Assembly: GCA_031411295.1 (NCBI GenBank)
Contig: JANOAV010000035.1
Coordinates: 85,043-149,042, forward strand
DNA: 64,000 bases
Source: Verrucomicrobiales bacterium
GTDB taxonomy: Bacteria; Verrucomicrobiota; Verrucomicrobiia; Verrucomicrobiales; V1-33
Direction: 5' to 3'
Shown here: positions 29,849 through 40,010 of the stretch, one piece after another
Numbering within the stretch: the first letter of the stretch is position 1
Layout: each line of letters begins with the position of its first letter
Notes under the pieces: generated by a model
Told to the model about the DNA's origin: nothing
What the model saw: the letters and a program-made list of their open reading frames with translations, nothing else
Database searches by the model: none
Position numbers and translations under genes: made by a program

Positions 29849-30146
29849 TGTCGCGGCCTGGCACTGTTACTTTCCGTGGTTCCCCGGATCCCTCACACGA
29901 GGGCTCCCGGCGTGGCGCGGATTGCTGATGCCCACCAAGGTTAATCAGGTCCGCGCAATTCTCCGCCTAGAGGTTAGGCAGAAAGTGCAGCGCCAGGCCG
30001 CGACACTCAGTTGGTGTAAGGCTAGCTTCCCACACCTGGCAGAAAACGGGTATCGGACCTCAGTCGGATACGTTGCTGCTGATTAGCTGTTAGATCATCC
30101 GACTTTAGTCCTAGAAGCCCGTGTCAATTCCGACCTTGGTCGGAGC
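29849..30146 (-). promoter_or_regulatory. Three operators + promoter + structured 5' leader (copy B)
   Basis: Operators at 30051, 30096, 30127; leader 29849-30005 highly similar to copy A. Confidence 0.75.
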
Positions 30147-30211
30147 AGCCAGCCTGACCAGTCCGGTGCCAGTGACTCCGAATAAAGTCCTTTTTCACCT
30201 TAGCCAGACTA

Positions 30212-30469
30212 ATGCAGGATGTGACCTCCAATGCGATGCGGCAGCGCGTTGCCAAAGCCATAGATCTTGCGGCCCTGCCACACGTGCTTCGAGCCGTGCT
30301 GGATGCTGAACTCGCTGCTGGCAATGCACTGGTGGCGGTGGAGCACGGCTTCCCGGCAGCCCCGTGTGGCGCGGTGTTTAAGCTCGCTTCCCCACTGCGC
30401 TCCAGAGCACACAGTTCAGGCGGTGGCATCAGCTATCGCGAACTCTGCCCCCTCATTGGCGAAAGTTAG
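30212..30469 (+). CDS. Small hypothetical protein, possibly a fragment
   Basis: Protein-like LPHVLRAVLDAELAAGNALVAVEHGFP segment; no family recognised. Confidence 0.35.
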   Translation: MQDVTSNAMRQRVAKAIDLAALPHVLRAVLDAELAAGNALVAVEHGFPAAPCGAVFKLASPLRSRAHSSGGGISYRELCPLIGES

Positions 30470-30485
30470 CGAGCGTGCGTGCGGC

Positions 30486-31031
30486 TTAGGCACGACCAAG
30501 ATAAACCGAGCGGATGAGCGGTTGGCTCGGCTTGGAATCCAAGAGGACCACCTGAGTCCCATGATTTTTGGCCAGGCCAAAAACAAAGCCGGAGGAAGGA
30601 AGCCGGAGGCGCACCGTCCGTTGCGCGCCTTGGTAGGTGTAACGGATCCACGCATAGTAGGAATGGCCAACCGTTCGACTAATCGGAGAATCCTCAACTT
30701 CACGTCGCACCTCCACTGCCTCCAGATCATCCACCATTGCACGGATGATATTTCCCTGCGTTAGAATGCGCTTCACCAGCAAATAACGCCGCACCAAAAG
30801 GATCAGTCCCAGAAAAATCATTCCGCTCGCTGCCAGCGTAGCATAGTGCGTTAAGGACATATCAAAGTCCCGATCGGCTGACGCGGGAGCCGCTGCGATG
30901 GATGGTGAGATCCACTTCATCCCAGCGGCCAGGACTACTCCGGCCAGGCATAGTTTCCCGGACCGTCGCAGGGGAAGATCTACGAAATACAGGGATTTAA
31001 AACTGGGGAGGGACTGGGTTTCAGGGTTCAT
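30486..31031 (-). CDS. Hypothetical two-TM membrane protein (DUF3592-like layout)
   Basis: Start MNPETQ; two TMs followed by a beta-rich domain; operators at 31088 and 31131 upstream. Confidence 0.65.
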   Translation of the reverse strand: MNPETQSLPSFKSLYFVDLPLRRSGKLCLAGVVLAAGMKWISPSIAAAPASADRDFDMSLTHYATLAASGMIFLGLILLVRRYLLVKRILTQGNIIRAMVDDLEAVEVRREVEDSPISRTVGHSYYAWIRYTYQGAQRTVRLRLPSSGFVFGLAKNHGTQVVLLDSKPSQPLIRSVYLGRA

Positions 31032-31199
31032 GGCTATGGAAGCTCTTGGTGGCGTGGGTAATCTTTCCACCACCGGACCAAATAGGGTATCGGACTTCAG
31101 TCGGATAAAGCAACGTTCTGCGGTATCGGGCATCCGACTAATGGCGGATGCTACCCAATTGTTCCCATCCCAAAGCGCAACGGCCAAGCGTTGGATCCT

Positions 31200-34100
31200 T
31201 TAGTTCCATGCCGGAATCCGCACTGTGAAGGTGGTGCCTTCCCCAAGTTTGGAGTGCACTTCCAAGGTGCCACCATGTAGTTCCGTGCACCGCTTGCAGA
31301 GCACCAAACCGAGGCCAGTGCCGGCAATGTTACCGACGTTACTGGCTCGATGGAAGGCTTCGAAGAGCTCTGGCAGGTCGGCCTCCGGGATGCCGATGCC
31401 ACTGTCCCGCACGGTAAATACCGCCATGCTGCCATCGCGTCGTGCGCTGAGATGCACTGCCGATCCTTCTGGAGAATATTTCACCCCATTGCTAAGTAGA
31501 TTGGTGAAAATATGGCGCAGCAGAGCCTCATCCGCCTGGGCTCCCGCAAGTTCACTTTCCGCAGTCCAGACAATGGGACACCTGCCGTTTGTCAGAGACC
31601 ATTGCTCGTCAGTGACCTTGCGGGAGAAGGCATTCAGATCCAGCGGAACCGGCTTGGAACCGAGTTTGCCAGCATCCACCCGTCCCAAGACCAGCACCTG
31701 TTCCATGAGGCCAGCCATATTACGCGTGGAGGAATGGATGTCCTGGAGCAATTGTTTTTTCTCCTCCGGCGGAAGGCGATCCTCATAGTGTTGCAATAGT
31801 TCAACTGCGCTCATCGTGATGCCCAGCGGAGTGCGGAATTCGTGACTCACCGTGGTCACAAATCGATTTTTCAGCTCATTGACCTCACGCTCTGCGGCAA
31901 GCTCGCGTTCCTTTGATGACGCCAGATCCACCGCTTCCACGAACTCGCTCGAGAGCCGCTTCTGGCGACGAAAGAGCGCCACCCCAAGCAAACTAGCAGC
32001 AGTAGCGGAAACGAGACCAAGGACAATGGGCAGCAGGCCGGAGTTACTGGTTTCTGATTTGTTGGTAAGATGATTTGCAATCGGTGAACCAGCCGTCCAA
32101 TCCAGACCAAGTTCAGCCAGATGATCCCGTCGCAACGCGCCCAGATTGATGACGCGAGCATTTCCCCCCGGCCCCGTGGCGAACATGCGTGAGGCATCGG
32201 CAGAGAAACGCAAGCCTGTTAGCGGGTAAAGTCCCGGCACTTGAAACGATGCCAGTGACTTGCCATTGCCAGCGCTGGCGATCTCCGCGCTGTCCAGATC
32301 GCCAGTCCATGCGAGCATGGTGCCATCTCCCGAAAATGCTGCGGCCCCGAGAAATCCTGCCAACGATGCCGGACGGGCCACGGACCAGTTTTCCTGCCAT
32401 GACCCCACCGACCACAGTTGCACGTTGCGGACGCCAATCGTCACCAGCGAACGGCTGTCCGGGCTGAAGCACACATGCGCCACCGGACAAGGCAGGCGCG
32501 CTACTAGCTTGCCCGTGCCCGCATCCCAAATGGTGGGATCTCCCGAAACCGTGTCGCGTCCAGCCACGACCCATTTCCCATCCGGGCTGATCGCCAGCGC
32601 CCCGGAACCCAACGCACTAGCCGGCCCCGGCAAGTCCTGAGGAAAGCGCGTCCCTTGTTCCAGAGCCAAGGGCGCGGAAGGGTCCGCCATTTTCACGACA
32701 TAGAGCTGGCCATCACTGCAGGCAATGGCCGCAACTTTTCCAAGATCGCTAAACGCTGCCATCACGGGAGTCAGACCAGCCGGCAATGGAATGCGACCGG
32801 CCTCCGGCAAACCTCCCTTCGGCAAGTTGGCAAGATCCGGCCATTCGTGAATCGTGAGCGCTCCCGGAGCGCTGAGCCAGATGCGATTGGTGCCAGGCAA
32901 AAATCCAGCGCAAACCTTGCGTCCAAGCGGCAGCAAGGCCTGCAGGGAACGATCCGGCTCAAAAAGCTCGAGGGAATGCGCCCCGGTCCAGATGGGCGGA
33001 GACCACAACGCGCGACGACCATCAGTTGAGAAATCCTGCTGCCAAATGGTGGCCCCGTCCGTGTAGCGTCCTTGCAGCAGCGTATCTGATGAAGGTTGCG
33101 CCACGCGCCAAACGCCAACTTTCTGCTTCGGAATACCCCAGGCGATGCGATCCCCGCGTCTCGATATCACCACCCCGCGAGCCGCATTCGACTGACACAA
33201 CAGCTTGGCGGTGGACACATCCCAGAGACTGGTTACTCCGTCCAACCCAGCCGTAAGCAGCAGTGAACCATCCTCATTGAAACGCTGCACCCACGGCTGC
33301 ACGGTGCGACCACCCAGCTGCAGTAACCGACCCGAGGCGGCCTCCATGAGGAAGAGCGTGGCATTCCCGCAACCAAATGCGAGACGGTCCCCACGCTGAT
33401 CCCAATCCAGCGTCTTCACAGAGGTCGGAGCTAGCGCCGTGTGTTTCACCGCACCCGAGACCGCATCCAAGAGAAAAACTTGCGCCCCTTGAAACCATGC
33501 CAGCAGATCTCCGCGTGGGCTCACCGCCACTTGATTCTGCGGGCCGGTATATTTCAAAAGATCCGGCATAGTGGCGGGCCGCCGTGGCTGTTTACTGGCG
33601 ATATCATAGAGCACATCAGTTCCCTGGGAGCCGGAAAGGGTGATTCCCATCGTCAGATCATTCGCAGTAAAGGTAGGCGGCCACGAGTAGTTTGCGGACT
33701 TCGCATCCATTCCTAAAATGCAGACCGTGCTCCCCTTATCACGCTCGAACAACACCAGCGGGCCCTTTTCATAACGCACTGCGAGATACTTCCCAGTGGA
33801 GGAAAACTGAAAGTCCATGGCTGCACATTCGGCCGGCACTTCCGGCGGGCGGGGAAAATCCCTAACCAGAGCATTATCTTCCAAGCGAAACATCGAAACC
33901 ACGCCCAACTGGTAGCGCGTGACATAGTGCTCAAGCTCTGGATCGAACGCGAAGCCGCGGACATTTTCTTTCAAATCCCACGCCACCTCGGTTTCAAAAT
34001 CCAGGGATCGCAACGCCGCGATCGCTTCGTTTCGTAACTCCACAGAAGGTCGGATGGCCGCCGCCGCCCGCACTGCGCCCAGCGCGGCCGCACGATGCCC

Positions 34101-34367
34101 TGCCTGCGGGTTGGTGCGCTCCGCGCTGGCCCGCGCCAGCGACACGCCCCAAAGCCGTTCGGTGGCCTCACTCTCCGCCTGCTCGGCTCGCAACTGATGC
34201 CGCCCACTGCGAATGGCGAAATACACTGCCAGGCACGCCAGGCCCAGCGCCACGAATAGCAGCAGCCCCAAAGCACGATTCGCGCGCAGCAGATCAGCCT
34301 GCACTTCATTGCGGCGTTTGGTCAAGAGTTTGGCTTCTCTTTGGTTGGCGGAACCTTTTATTTTCAT
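31200..34367 (-). CDS. WD40-repeat sensor histidine kinase
   Basis: TM, WD40 repeats (GLDGVTSLWD, ISPDGKWV), second TM, SHEFRTPLG, NGVKY, GTGLGL. Confidence 0.93.
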   Translation of the reverse strand: MKIKGSANQREAKLLTKRRNEVQADLLRANRALGLLLFVALGLACLAVYFAIRSGRHQLRAEQAESEATERLWGVSLARASAERTNPQAGHRAAALGAVRAAAAIRPSVELRNEAIAALRSLDFETEVAWDLKENVRGFAFDPELEHYVTRYQLGVVSMFRLEDNALVRDFPRPPEVPAECAAMDFQFSSTGKYLAVRYEKGPLVLFERDKGSTVCILGMDAKSANYSWPPTFTANDLTMGITLSGSQGTDVLYDIASKQPRRPATMPDLLKYTGPQNQVAVSPRGDLLAWFQGAQVFLLDAVSGAVKHTALAPTSVKTLDWDQRGDRLAFGCGNATLFLMEAASGRLLQLGGRTVQPWVQRFNEDGSLLLTAGLDGVTSLWDVSTAKLLCQSNAARGVVISRRGDRIAWGIPKQKVGVWRVAQPSSDTLLQGRYTDGATIWQQDFSTDGRRALWSPPIWTGAHSLELFEPDRSLQALLPLGRKVCAGFLPGTNRIWLSAPGALTIHEWPDLANLPKGGLPEAGRIPLPAGLTPVMAAFSDLGKVAAIACSDGQLYVVKMADPSAPLALEQGTRFPQDLPGPASALGSGALAISPDGKWVVAGRDTVSGDPTIWDAGTGKLVARLPCPVAHVCFSPDSRSLVTIGVRNVQLWSVGSWQENWSVARPASLAGFLGAAAFSGDGTMLAWTGDLDSAEIASAGNGKSLASFQVPGLYPLTGLRFSADASRMFATGPGGNARVINLGALRRDHLAELGLDWTAGSPIANHLTNKSETSNSGLLPIVLGLVSATAASLLGVALFRRQKRLSSEFVEAVDLASSKERELAAEREVNELKNRFVTTVSHEFRTPLGITMSAVELLQHYEDRLPPEEKKQLLQDIHSSTRNMAGLMEQVLVLGRVDAGKLGSKPVPLDLNAFSRKVTDEQWSLTNGRCPIVWTAESELAGAQADEALLRHIFTNLLSNGVKYSPEGSAVHLSARRDGSMAVFTVRDSGIGIPEADLPELFEAFHRASNVGNIAGTGLGLVLCKRCTELHGGTLEVHSKLGEGTTFTVRIPAWN

Positions 34368-34430
34368 GTGATTGAGATCTCACGGTTAAGACCGGACCTT
34401 CAGAGCCTCAACTAGATTTATATCCTCTGC

Positions 34431-34526
34431 CATCCGACTAAAGTCGGATACGGAACTGAAATGCAGGACCAAAGTCGGATGCTCCAGGCCCCTCTAGCAG
34501 ATCCCTTATCCGACCATGGTCCAATA
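34431..34526. promoter_or_regulatory. Triple operator in a divergent promoter region
   Basis: catccgactaaagtcggata (34431), tgcaggaccaaagtcggatg (34462), tatccgaccatggtccaata (34507). Confidence 0.8.
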
Positions 34527-34645
34527 CCACAATCAGCAGAATTGTGGAAGGATGAAACATGCAGCAAAACACTCAGCTGCTAACTCCGCGACTAACAAAG
34601 CGCAATTTCACTTCAACCATCAATAATCCTTACCATCATAACCTT

Positions 34646-35053
34646 ATGAACCATACCACCATCGAAAACCAACTCGCCAAAGCCCGTCGTTTCCAACTGA
34701 ATCTGGAGGAGGCACCTGCTTTCGGTGCGGGCTCCATGCCAGCCTCTGAAGAGCGCACCTTCGCCATGCTGGCGCATCTGTTCCCACTCATCGTGTGGCC
34801 TTGGAAACGCAAGTCCAGCTCGGCTGTGGATGCCCACGGCAAAGAAGCGCTGAATTTTGCGATTACCGCCCTGCTCATCATTTGGCCCATCGGATTCATC
34901 GCAGGCTTCTGCGGCGTGACCGTCGCCAAAATTGTGGCCCTGGGCACCAGCGTGCTGAGCCTAGGCCTCCTGGCATTGGTCGTCTGCGCCATGATTCAGG
35001 CCGGCAAAGGAAGGCTCCTCCGTTATCCCATCAACTTCCGCTTCATCAAATAA
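34646..35053 (+). CDS. DUF4870 domain membrane protein
   Basis: EERTFAMLAHL, VDAHGKEALNF, LRYPINFRFIK. Confidence 0.85.
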   Translation: MNHTTIENQLAKARRFQLNLEEAPAFGAGSMPASEERTFAMLAHLFPLIVWPWKRKSSSAVDAHGKEALNFAITALLIIWPIGFIAGFCGVTVAKIVALGTSVLSLGLLALVVCAMIQAGKGRLLRYPINFRFIK

Positions 35054-35105
35054 ATCAACTCACTCAACTAACCTATAAATCAAAACTCCTAACCTTCACC
35101 ATCCT

Positions 35106-35621
35106 ATGAAAAACACTACTATTAAACACCCCCTCATCGCCCTCCTCAGCCTCTCCAGCATTACCGGGCTCACCAGTTGTTCCGAAAAGGCCACTGCTGC
35201 AAACGGTAAGGCTGCACCTACTGCCGACAAGGCTGCAGGCAACACGGAACAAACCTTTGTGGCCGCCTTCCGCACAGCTTTGGAGAAAAACGACAAGAAA
35301 ACGCTGGATTCATTTCTCCTGAAGGATGGCACTCCCGCGGAGATCGTGGAATTCTTCACCATGATGATGGACCTGCCCGCGGGCATGAAGATTGAAAGCG
35401 TCGAATTGGTCACTCCAACTGCGGAAGAGGCAGCGAAATACAACAAGGCCATGGAAATGCCTGATGGCAAAAGCTACAAACTGCCCGTGACCCCCACGAA
35501 ACAACTGGTGATTATCATGAAAGAGGAGGGAGCCAATGGCAGCGGCACCTCCAAGTCATCCCTGCCAGTGGCGGAGAAGGACGGTAAGATCGTCATCCCC
35601 CTGCCCGTGCCTGCCGCATAA
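35106..35621 (+). CDS. Hypothetical lipoprotein
   Basis: Lipobox LTSC after a hydrophobic signal. Confidence 0.8.
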   Translation: MKNTTIKHPLIALLSLSSITGLTSCSEKATAANGKAAPTADKAAGNTEQTFVAAFRTALEKNDKKTLDSFLLKDGTPAEIVEFFTMMMDLPAGMKIESVELVTPTAEEAAKYNKAMEMPDGKSYKLPVTPTKQLVIIMKEEGANGSGTSKSSLPVAEKDGKIVIPLPVPAA

Positions 35622-35730
35622 CGAATAACGGAATCCAACGAACGTCTTGCCAACCGTCGCCACCCTGCTCCCAGGGTGGCGGCGGCCACCGCTGGGATAA
35701 GCCACCTCATCACGAAAGCTCCGCTGATCT

Positions 35731-36222
35731 ATGAAAACCGCCACCCGCCAACAAACAATTTTTCGACGCATCATCGGCACGTGCCTGATTGCCTTCGCCC
35801 TTGTCGGCATTACCGCGCTTTGCCTGAAGGAAATCCCGCTGGCTTTCTTTGGGATGCACGCCACTGGTTTTGTGAAACAAGTGGAAGTCATCCAGACGAG
35901 CACGGCTTCAAAATGGCGCTACAGTCAACCGCAAAGCCGCAGTGGCTCCACCACGATCATGCACATGGTCCACACGACCACGGAGGGGAAACCGATTGAG
36001 AGCAAACACACCGCCACGTTCCACACCGAGGCCAAAGTAGGTGACGAGCACGAATTAATTTATCTCCCATGGCATCCGCAGCGCGCCATGATCTATAGCG
36101 CCAAGCAACTGTGGTTACCCATGACGACCGGAGTAATCTTTAGCACCATCTGCCTGTTTCTGGGCCTGCGGTGCTTCCGCGCCAAGCCCTTCTTCCCCAC
36201 CCCGAAAGGATTCCAATCCTAA
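35731..36222 (+). CDS. DUF3592-like membrane protein
   Basis: TM, ATGFVK, VGDEHELIYLPWHPQRA, TM. Confidence 0.7.
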   Translation: MKTATRQQTIFRRIIGTCLIAFALVGITALCLKEIPLAFFGMHATGFVKQVEVIQTSTASKWRYSQPQSRSGSTTIMHMVHTTTEGKPIESKHTATFHTEAKVGDEHELIYLPWHPQRAMIYSAKQLWLPMTTGVIFSTICLFLGLRCFRAKPFFPTPKGFQS

Positions 36223-36560
36223 TGATCAAGACCGGAACCATCCCACAGGTATCCAGCGCCACCGCTTTCACTCCCGCTCTTCCAGCAAAAGAAATCGTGA
36301 CCGCGAAACAACACGCCGCCTTGTGGACCGTGATCCTCGTCCTGGTGGCCATCACCAGCGCCATGGGATGGCTGGTGCTGCGTGGTATCGAACGCGGTGA
36401 GACCGTCATGCCTTCCAAACACGCCTCACGTCAACGCCCCCTCATCCGAAATCAAGCACCAGCCTCCTTCTGGGGTGCGCTGAGTGTTTACACCTTAGTC
36501 GGCCTCAGCACTGGCGCTGGCAGCCTGTGGCTCATCCGCATGGCATGGCGGATCAAGTAA
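36222..36560 (+). CDS. Hypothetical two-TM protein
   Basis: TAATG overlap with the upstream gene; two hydrophobic segments. Confidence 0.6.
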   Translation: MIKTGTIPQVSSATAFTPALPAKEIVTAKQHAALWTVILVLVAITSAMGWLVLRGIERGETVMPSKHASRQRPLIRNQAPASFWGALSVYTLVGLSTGAGSLWLIRMAWRIK

Positions 36561-36678
36561 ACAGGCAGTGATTCGCGAAGAATTGCGGATGTTGGCGGCG
36601 GCGTATCCGACTAAAGTCCTAGGTGCCGGGTGGGGGTTGGGCTTGCGGCGGGTGGGGGTCGCTGCGAAGTTATTGGCT

Positions 36679-39600
36679 ATGAATCATGAAGGCCAGCAGA
36701 CGGGTGAGACCGCTGAAACGGAGAATTTCGCGCAGCGTCGCGAGTTCGTCCGGCGTTCGGTGCTGCGGGCCAATCGGGCGGTGGGGTTGATTTTGGGGGT
36801 GGTGGTGCTACTGGGATTGGTGCTAGTAATTTTGGGACAGCAGGCACGGGAAAGCCAGCGGCGGGCGGAGCTGGCGGAACAGGGGGCGACAGACCGGCTC
36901 TGGAAGGCATCGCTGGAGCAGGCGCGGGCGCAAAATCTGGGCACAAAGGCGGGGCATCGGGAGGGCGCGCTGGAAGCGGTGCGCACGGCTGCGAAAATTC
37001 GCCCCTCAGTGGAGTTGCGCAACGAGGCCATCGCTGCGCTGTCCCAACGGGATCTGGTGCAAGAACGAGAATGGACCCTGCAACCGAAGGCCTATGGGAC
37101 GGTGTTTGATCCGGAACTGAAATACTATGTGGAGCGTTATCAGGACCGGGTGCTCTCACTCTTTCGGGTCGAGGATAACTCCCATGTGCATAATTTTCCC
37201 ATGCCGTTTTTCTATCCCAAGAATGCGAATGTGGGGGACTATGTCTTTTCCTCCACGGGGAAGTATTTAGTGATCCGCTATAACGGCGGCGGGCTTACAC
37301 TCTGGGATCCGCTCAAGGCGCAGATGCTGCGGGTATTGAATCTGGATCCCCGGGCGGCCCAATATTCCTGGCCGCCTTCGTTCAGCGCGGATGATCGACT
37401 GATGGGGTTGAGTATGAACGGAAGCGCAGGGTTCCAGATGGTGTATGATTTGGAAAAAGGGGAAGTGCGCCCACTGGGGGCCACGCCTGGAAAGCTTGCC
37501 TACCGCGGCGGTTTCAACTTCGTCCGCGTCAGCCCGCGCGGTGATCTCATTGCCGCTTGGGACACAAATATGATTTATGTTTTCGATGCGGTCACTGGGG
37601 AACTGCGACATTCCGTGCAGGGACAATCAACCATTGAGGCGATCGCGTGGGACTATCAGGGAAAGCGGCTCTCGTTGGCCTGCGATGATTGGTCAGTGTC
37701 AATCTGGGAACCCTCCGGAGGTCAGATGATGCAATTGAATGGCAAGGCACACCGCGCGTGGTTCCAAGAGTTCAGCCGTGACGGCAATCTGCTAGTGGCC
37801 TCCGGCATAGATGGCATGACGCGGCTGTGGGATGCGGTTTCGGGAAGGCTCGTGTGCGAGCAGGGCGGCCTGCTGGCTGCGAGGGTCTCACCAGATGGTC
37901 AGCGGATCGCAGGTGGCCGGCACCGCCAGACGTCGGGCATCTGGCGCGTAGAACAACCGGTGGCGCTGAAGTTGTTTCGTGGCGCGTGGGCAAAGCGTGC
38001 CACGGCATGGATGATGGACCTGACTGGCGATGGTCGGCGGGGCGTCTGGTCGCCACCGTGGTGGGTGGGGCAGAATGGCTACGAGGTTTTCGATTTTGAA
38101 AAAGGCACCAGCATTGTGCGCGCGGACAAGGATCGGTTATTCGCTGGATTTCGTCCCGGGCATGATCAGCTCTGGACGACCAGTGGCGGGGCGCTAAAAT
38201 TTTACGACCTGCCAGCAGAAGGCACGGTGCCCGAGGCGGCCGCGCTGACGATGGCGTTGCCGAAAGGGATCAACGGCATTGTCGCCAGCTTCAACGCGGA
38301 CGGACGCTATGTGGCGCTCTCCGGGCCGCAGCGGGCGCTTGCCGTCATGGATCTCAATGCGCCGACGGCACCACCAGTCACATTGGAACGAGCATTTACC
38401 AGTGCCGACAGTTCGCTGCCCGGCCCCGCCTCCACCACTGGCGGCGGCCCACTGGCCATGAGTCCCGACGCACGCTGGGTGGCTGCGGGAATGAATGTGG
38501 ACGGCGGGCGTCCGGTGATTTGGGATGCTCATTCCGGCAGGATCGTGCAACGCTTGAATTGCGCATTGGGTTATGTGACCTTCAGTCCGGACGGACTTTA
38601 TCTCACAGTCGTGAGTTCAGCTCGCTTGGTGTGCTTTGCCATGGATGGCTGGAAACTGCTCTGGGAGCGGGAACGGGATCTACAGCAGAGTTATTGCGGC
38701 ATAGCGGCGTTCAACGGAGATGGTTCACTGCTGGCGTGTTCGATGGGATCAGCGCGGGTCGTTTTCTACACGCTCCAGGGGGACGCGGTAGCGGAGTGGG
38801 ACTTCCGCGATCTGCTGTATGTGGCCAACCTGCGTTTCGCTGCGGATGGCAGTCGCCTCTTCGCTGGCGGGCTGGAGGGCCGCATCGCCAGTGTGGACAT
38901 GACCGCGCTGCGCCAAGTCTTGGCCACGCTGCAGCTCGACTGGCCATTGCGCGCCAGCACCACCACTCCAACCGTGACCACTAGCAGCGGCACCAATGCC
39001 TGGGGTCCTGCGCTGTTAGGATTAATCTCGGTCGGCGTCGCTGCGGCGTTAGGAGCCCTGGTGCTGCGGCGGCAGCGGAGGCTCACCGGAGAGTTTGTGG
39101 AAACAACAGAACTCGCAGCGCGTCGGACGCAGGAACTGGCTGCCGAGAAAGAGGTGAGCGAATTAAAGAGTCGCTTCGTGACCACGGTCAGCCACGAATT
39201 CCGCACCCCGCTGGGCATCACCATGAGTGCCATCGAACTCCTGCGGCACTACGAAGATCGCCTGCCACCGACGGAGAAGAAGCAACTTTTCGAGGACATT
39301 CATTCCTCTACCAAAAACATGGCCGGCCTCATGGAACAGGTCTTGCTACTGGGCCGCGTGGATGCAGGCAAGTTGGCCTACAAGCCCGTGCCGGTGGACC
39401 TTGACGCCTTGGCACGCAAGCTTACCGATGAGTCGCTCTCCGCCACCAACCGCAAGTGTCCCATCACATGGCAGGCAGAAAACGACCTCTCCGGGGCCCA
39501 CGCGGACGAAGCACTGCTGCGGCATATTCTCACGAATCTGCTCAGCAACGCAGTGAAATATTCCCCTGCCGAAGCTCTGGTTCATTTCCGCGCCCGACGC

Positions 39601-39837
39601 GAAGGACTCATGGCGGTATTTACCGTGCAGGACAGCGGCATTGGCATACCAGAGAAGGATCTGCCCCAGTTGTTCGAAGCCTTCCATCGCGCCAGCAACG
39701 TGGGGGAAATCCCCGGCACTGGCCTTGGTCTCGTGCTCAGCAAACGTTGCGCAGATCTCCACAACGGCAGCATCCAAGTGAAATCCACCCCGGGCTCAGG
39801 CACCACATTCACCGTGCGCATTCCAGCGTGGGGGTGA
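36679..39837 (+). CDS. WD40-repeat sensor histidine kinase (paralog of 31200-34367)
   Basis: Same layout; shared RPSVELRNEAIAAL, FSSTGKYL, YSWPP, SHEFRTPLGITMSA; operator at 36604. Confidence 0.93.
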   Translation: MNHEGQQTGETAETENFAQRREFVRRSVLRANRAVGLILGVVVLLGLVLVILGQQARESQRRAELAEQGATDRLWKASLEQARAQNLGTKAGHREGALEAVRTAAKIRPSVELRNEAIAALSQRDLVQEREWTLQPKAYGTVFDPELKYYVERYQDRVLSLFRVEDNSHVHNFPMPFFYPKNANVGDYVFSSTGKYLVIRYNGGGLTLWDPLKAQMLRVLNLDPRAAQYSWPPSFSADDRLMGLSMNGSAGFQMVYDLEKGEVRPLGATPGKLAYRGGFNFVRVSPRGDLIAAWDTNMIYVFDAVTGELRHSVQGQSTIEAIAWDYQGKRLSLACDDWSVSIWEPSGGQMMQLNGKAHRAWFQEFSRDGNLLVASGIDGMTRLWDAVSGRLVCEQGGLLAARVSPDGQRIAGGRHRQTSGIWRVEQPVALKLFRGAWAKRATAWMMDLTGDGRRGVWSPPWWVGQNGYEVFDFEKGTSIVRADKDRLFAGFRPGHDQLWTTSGGALKFYDLPAEGTVPEAAALTMALPKGINGIVASFNADGRYVALSGPQRALAVMDLNAPTAPPVTLERAFTSADSSLPGPASTTGGGPLAMSPDARWVAAGMNVDGGRPVIWDAHSGRIVQRLNCALGYVTFSPDGLYLTVVSSARLVCFAMDGWKLLWERERDLQQSYCGIAAFNGDGSLLACSMGSARVVFYTLQGDAVAEWDFRDLLYVANLRFAADGSRLFAGGLEGRIASVDMTALRQVLATLQLDWPLRASTTTPTVTTSSGTNAWGPALLGLISVGVAAALGALVLRRQRRLTGEFVETTELAARRTQELAAEKEVSELKSRFVTTVSHEFRTPLGITMSAIELLRHYEDRLPPTEKKQLFEDIHSSTKNMAGLMEQVLLLGRVDAGKLAYKPVPVDLDALARKLTDESLSATNRKCPITWQAENDLSGAHADEALLRHILTNLLSNAVKYSPAEALVHFRARREGLMAVFTVQDSGIGIPEKDLPQLFEAFHRASNVGEIPGTGLGLVLSKRCADLHNGSIQVKSTPGSGTTFTVRIPAWG

Positions 39838-39863
39838 GCTGGCAAATCATCGTCCACCTGCGG

Positions 39864-39927
39864 GCTAAGACTAAAGTCGGATAAGATCGCACCATAAATA
39901 CTCTCCTTATCCGACTGAGGTCCGATA
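39864..39927 (+). promoter_or_regulatory. Operator pair upstream of the DUF4412 operon
   Basis: gctaagactaaagtcggata (39864) and tatccgactgaggtccgata (39908). Confidence 0.78.
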
Positions 39928-40010
39928 CCCAAGTGGATCAAGGTGTGGGAAAGGTATCTCACGCCACCCGGCACACCCCAATTCATCAAAACAACAAAAC
40001 TTACAACACC

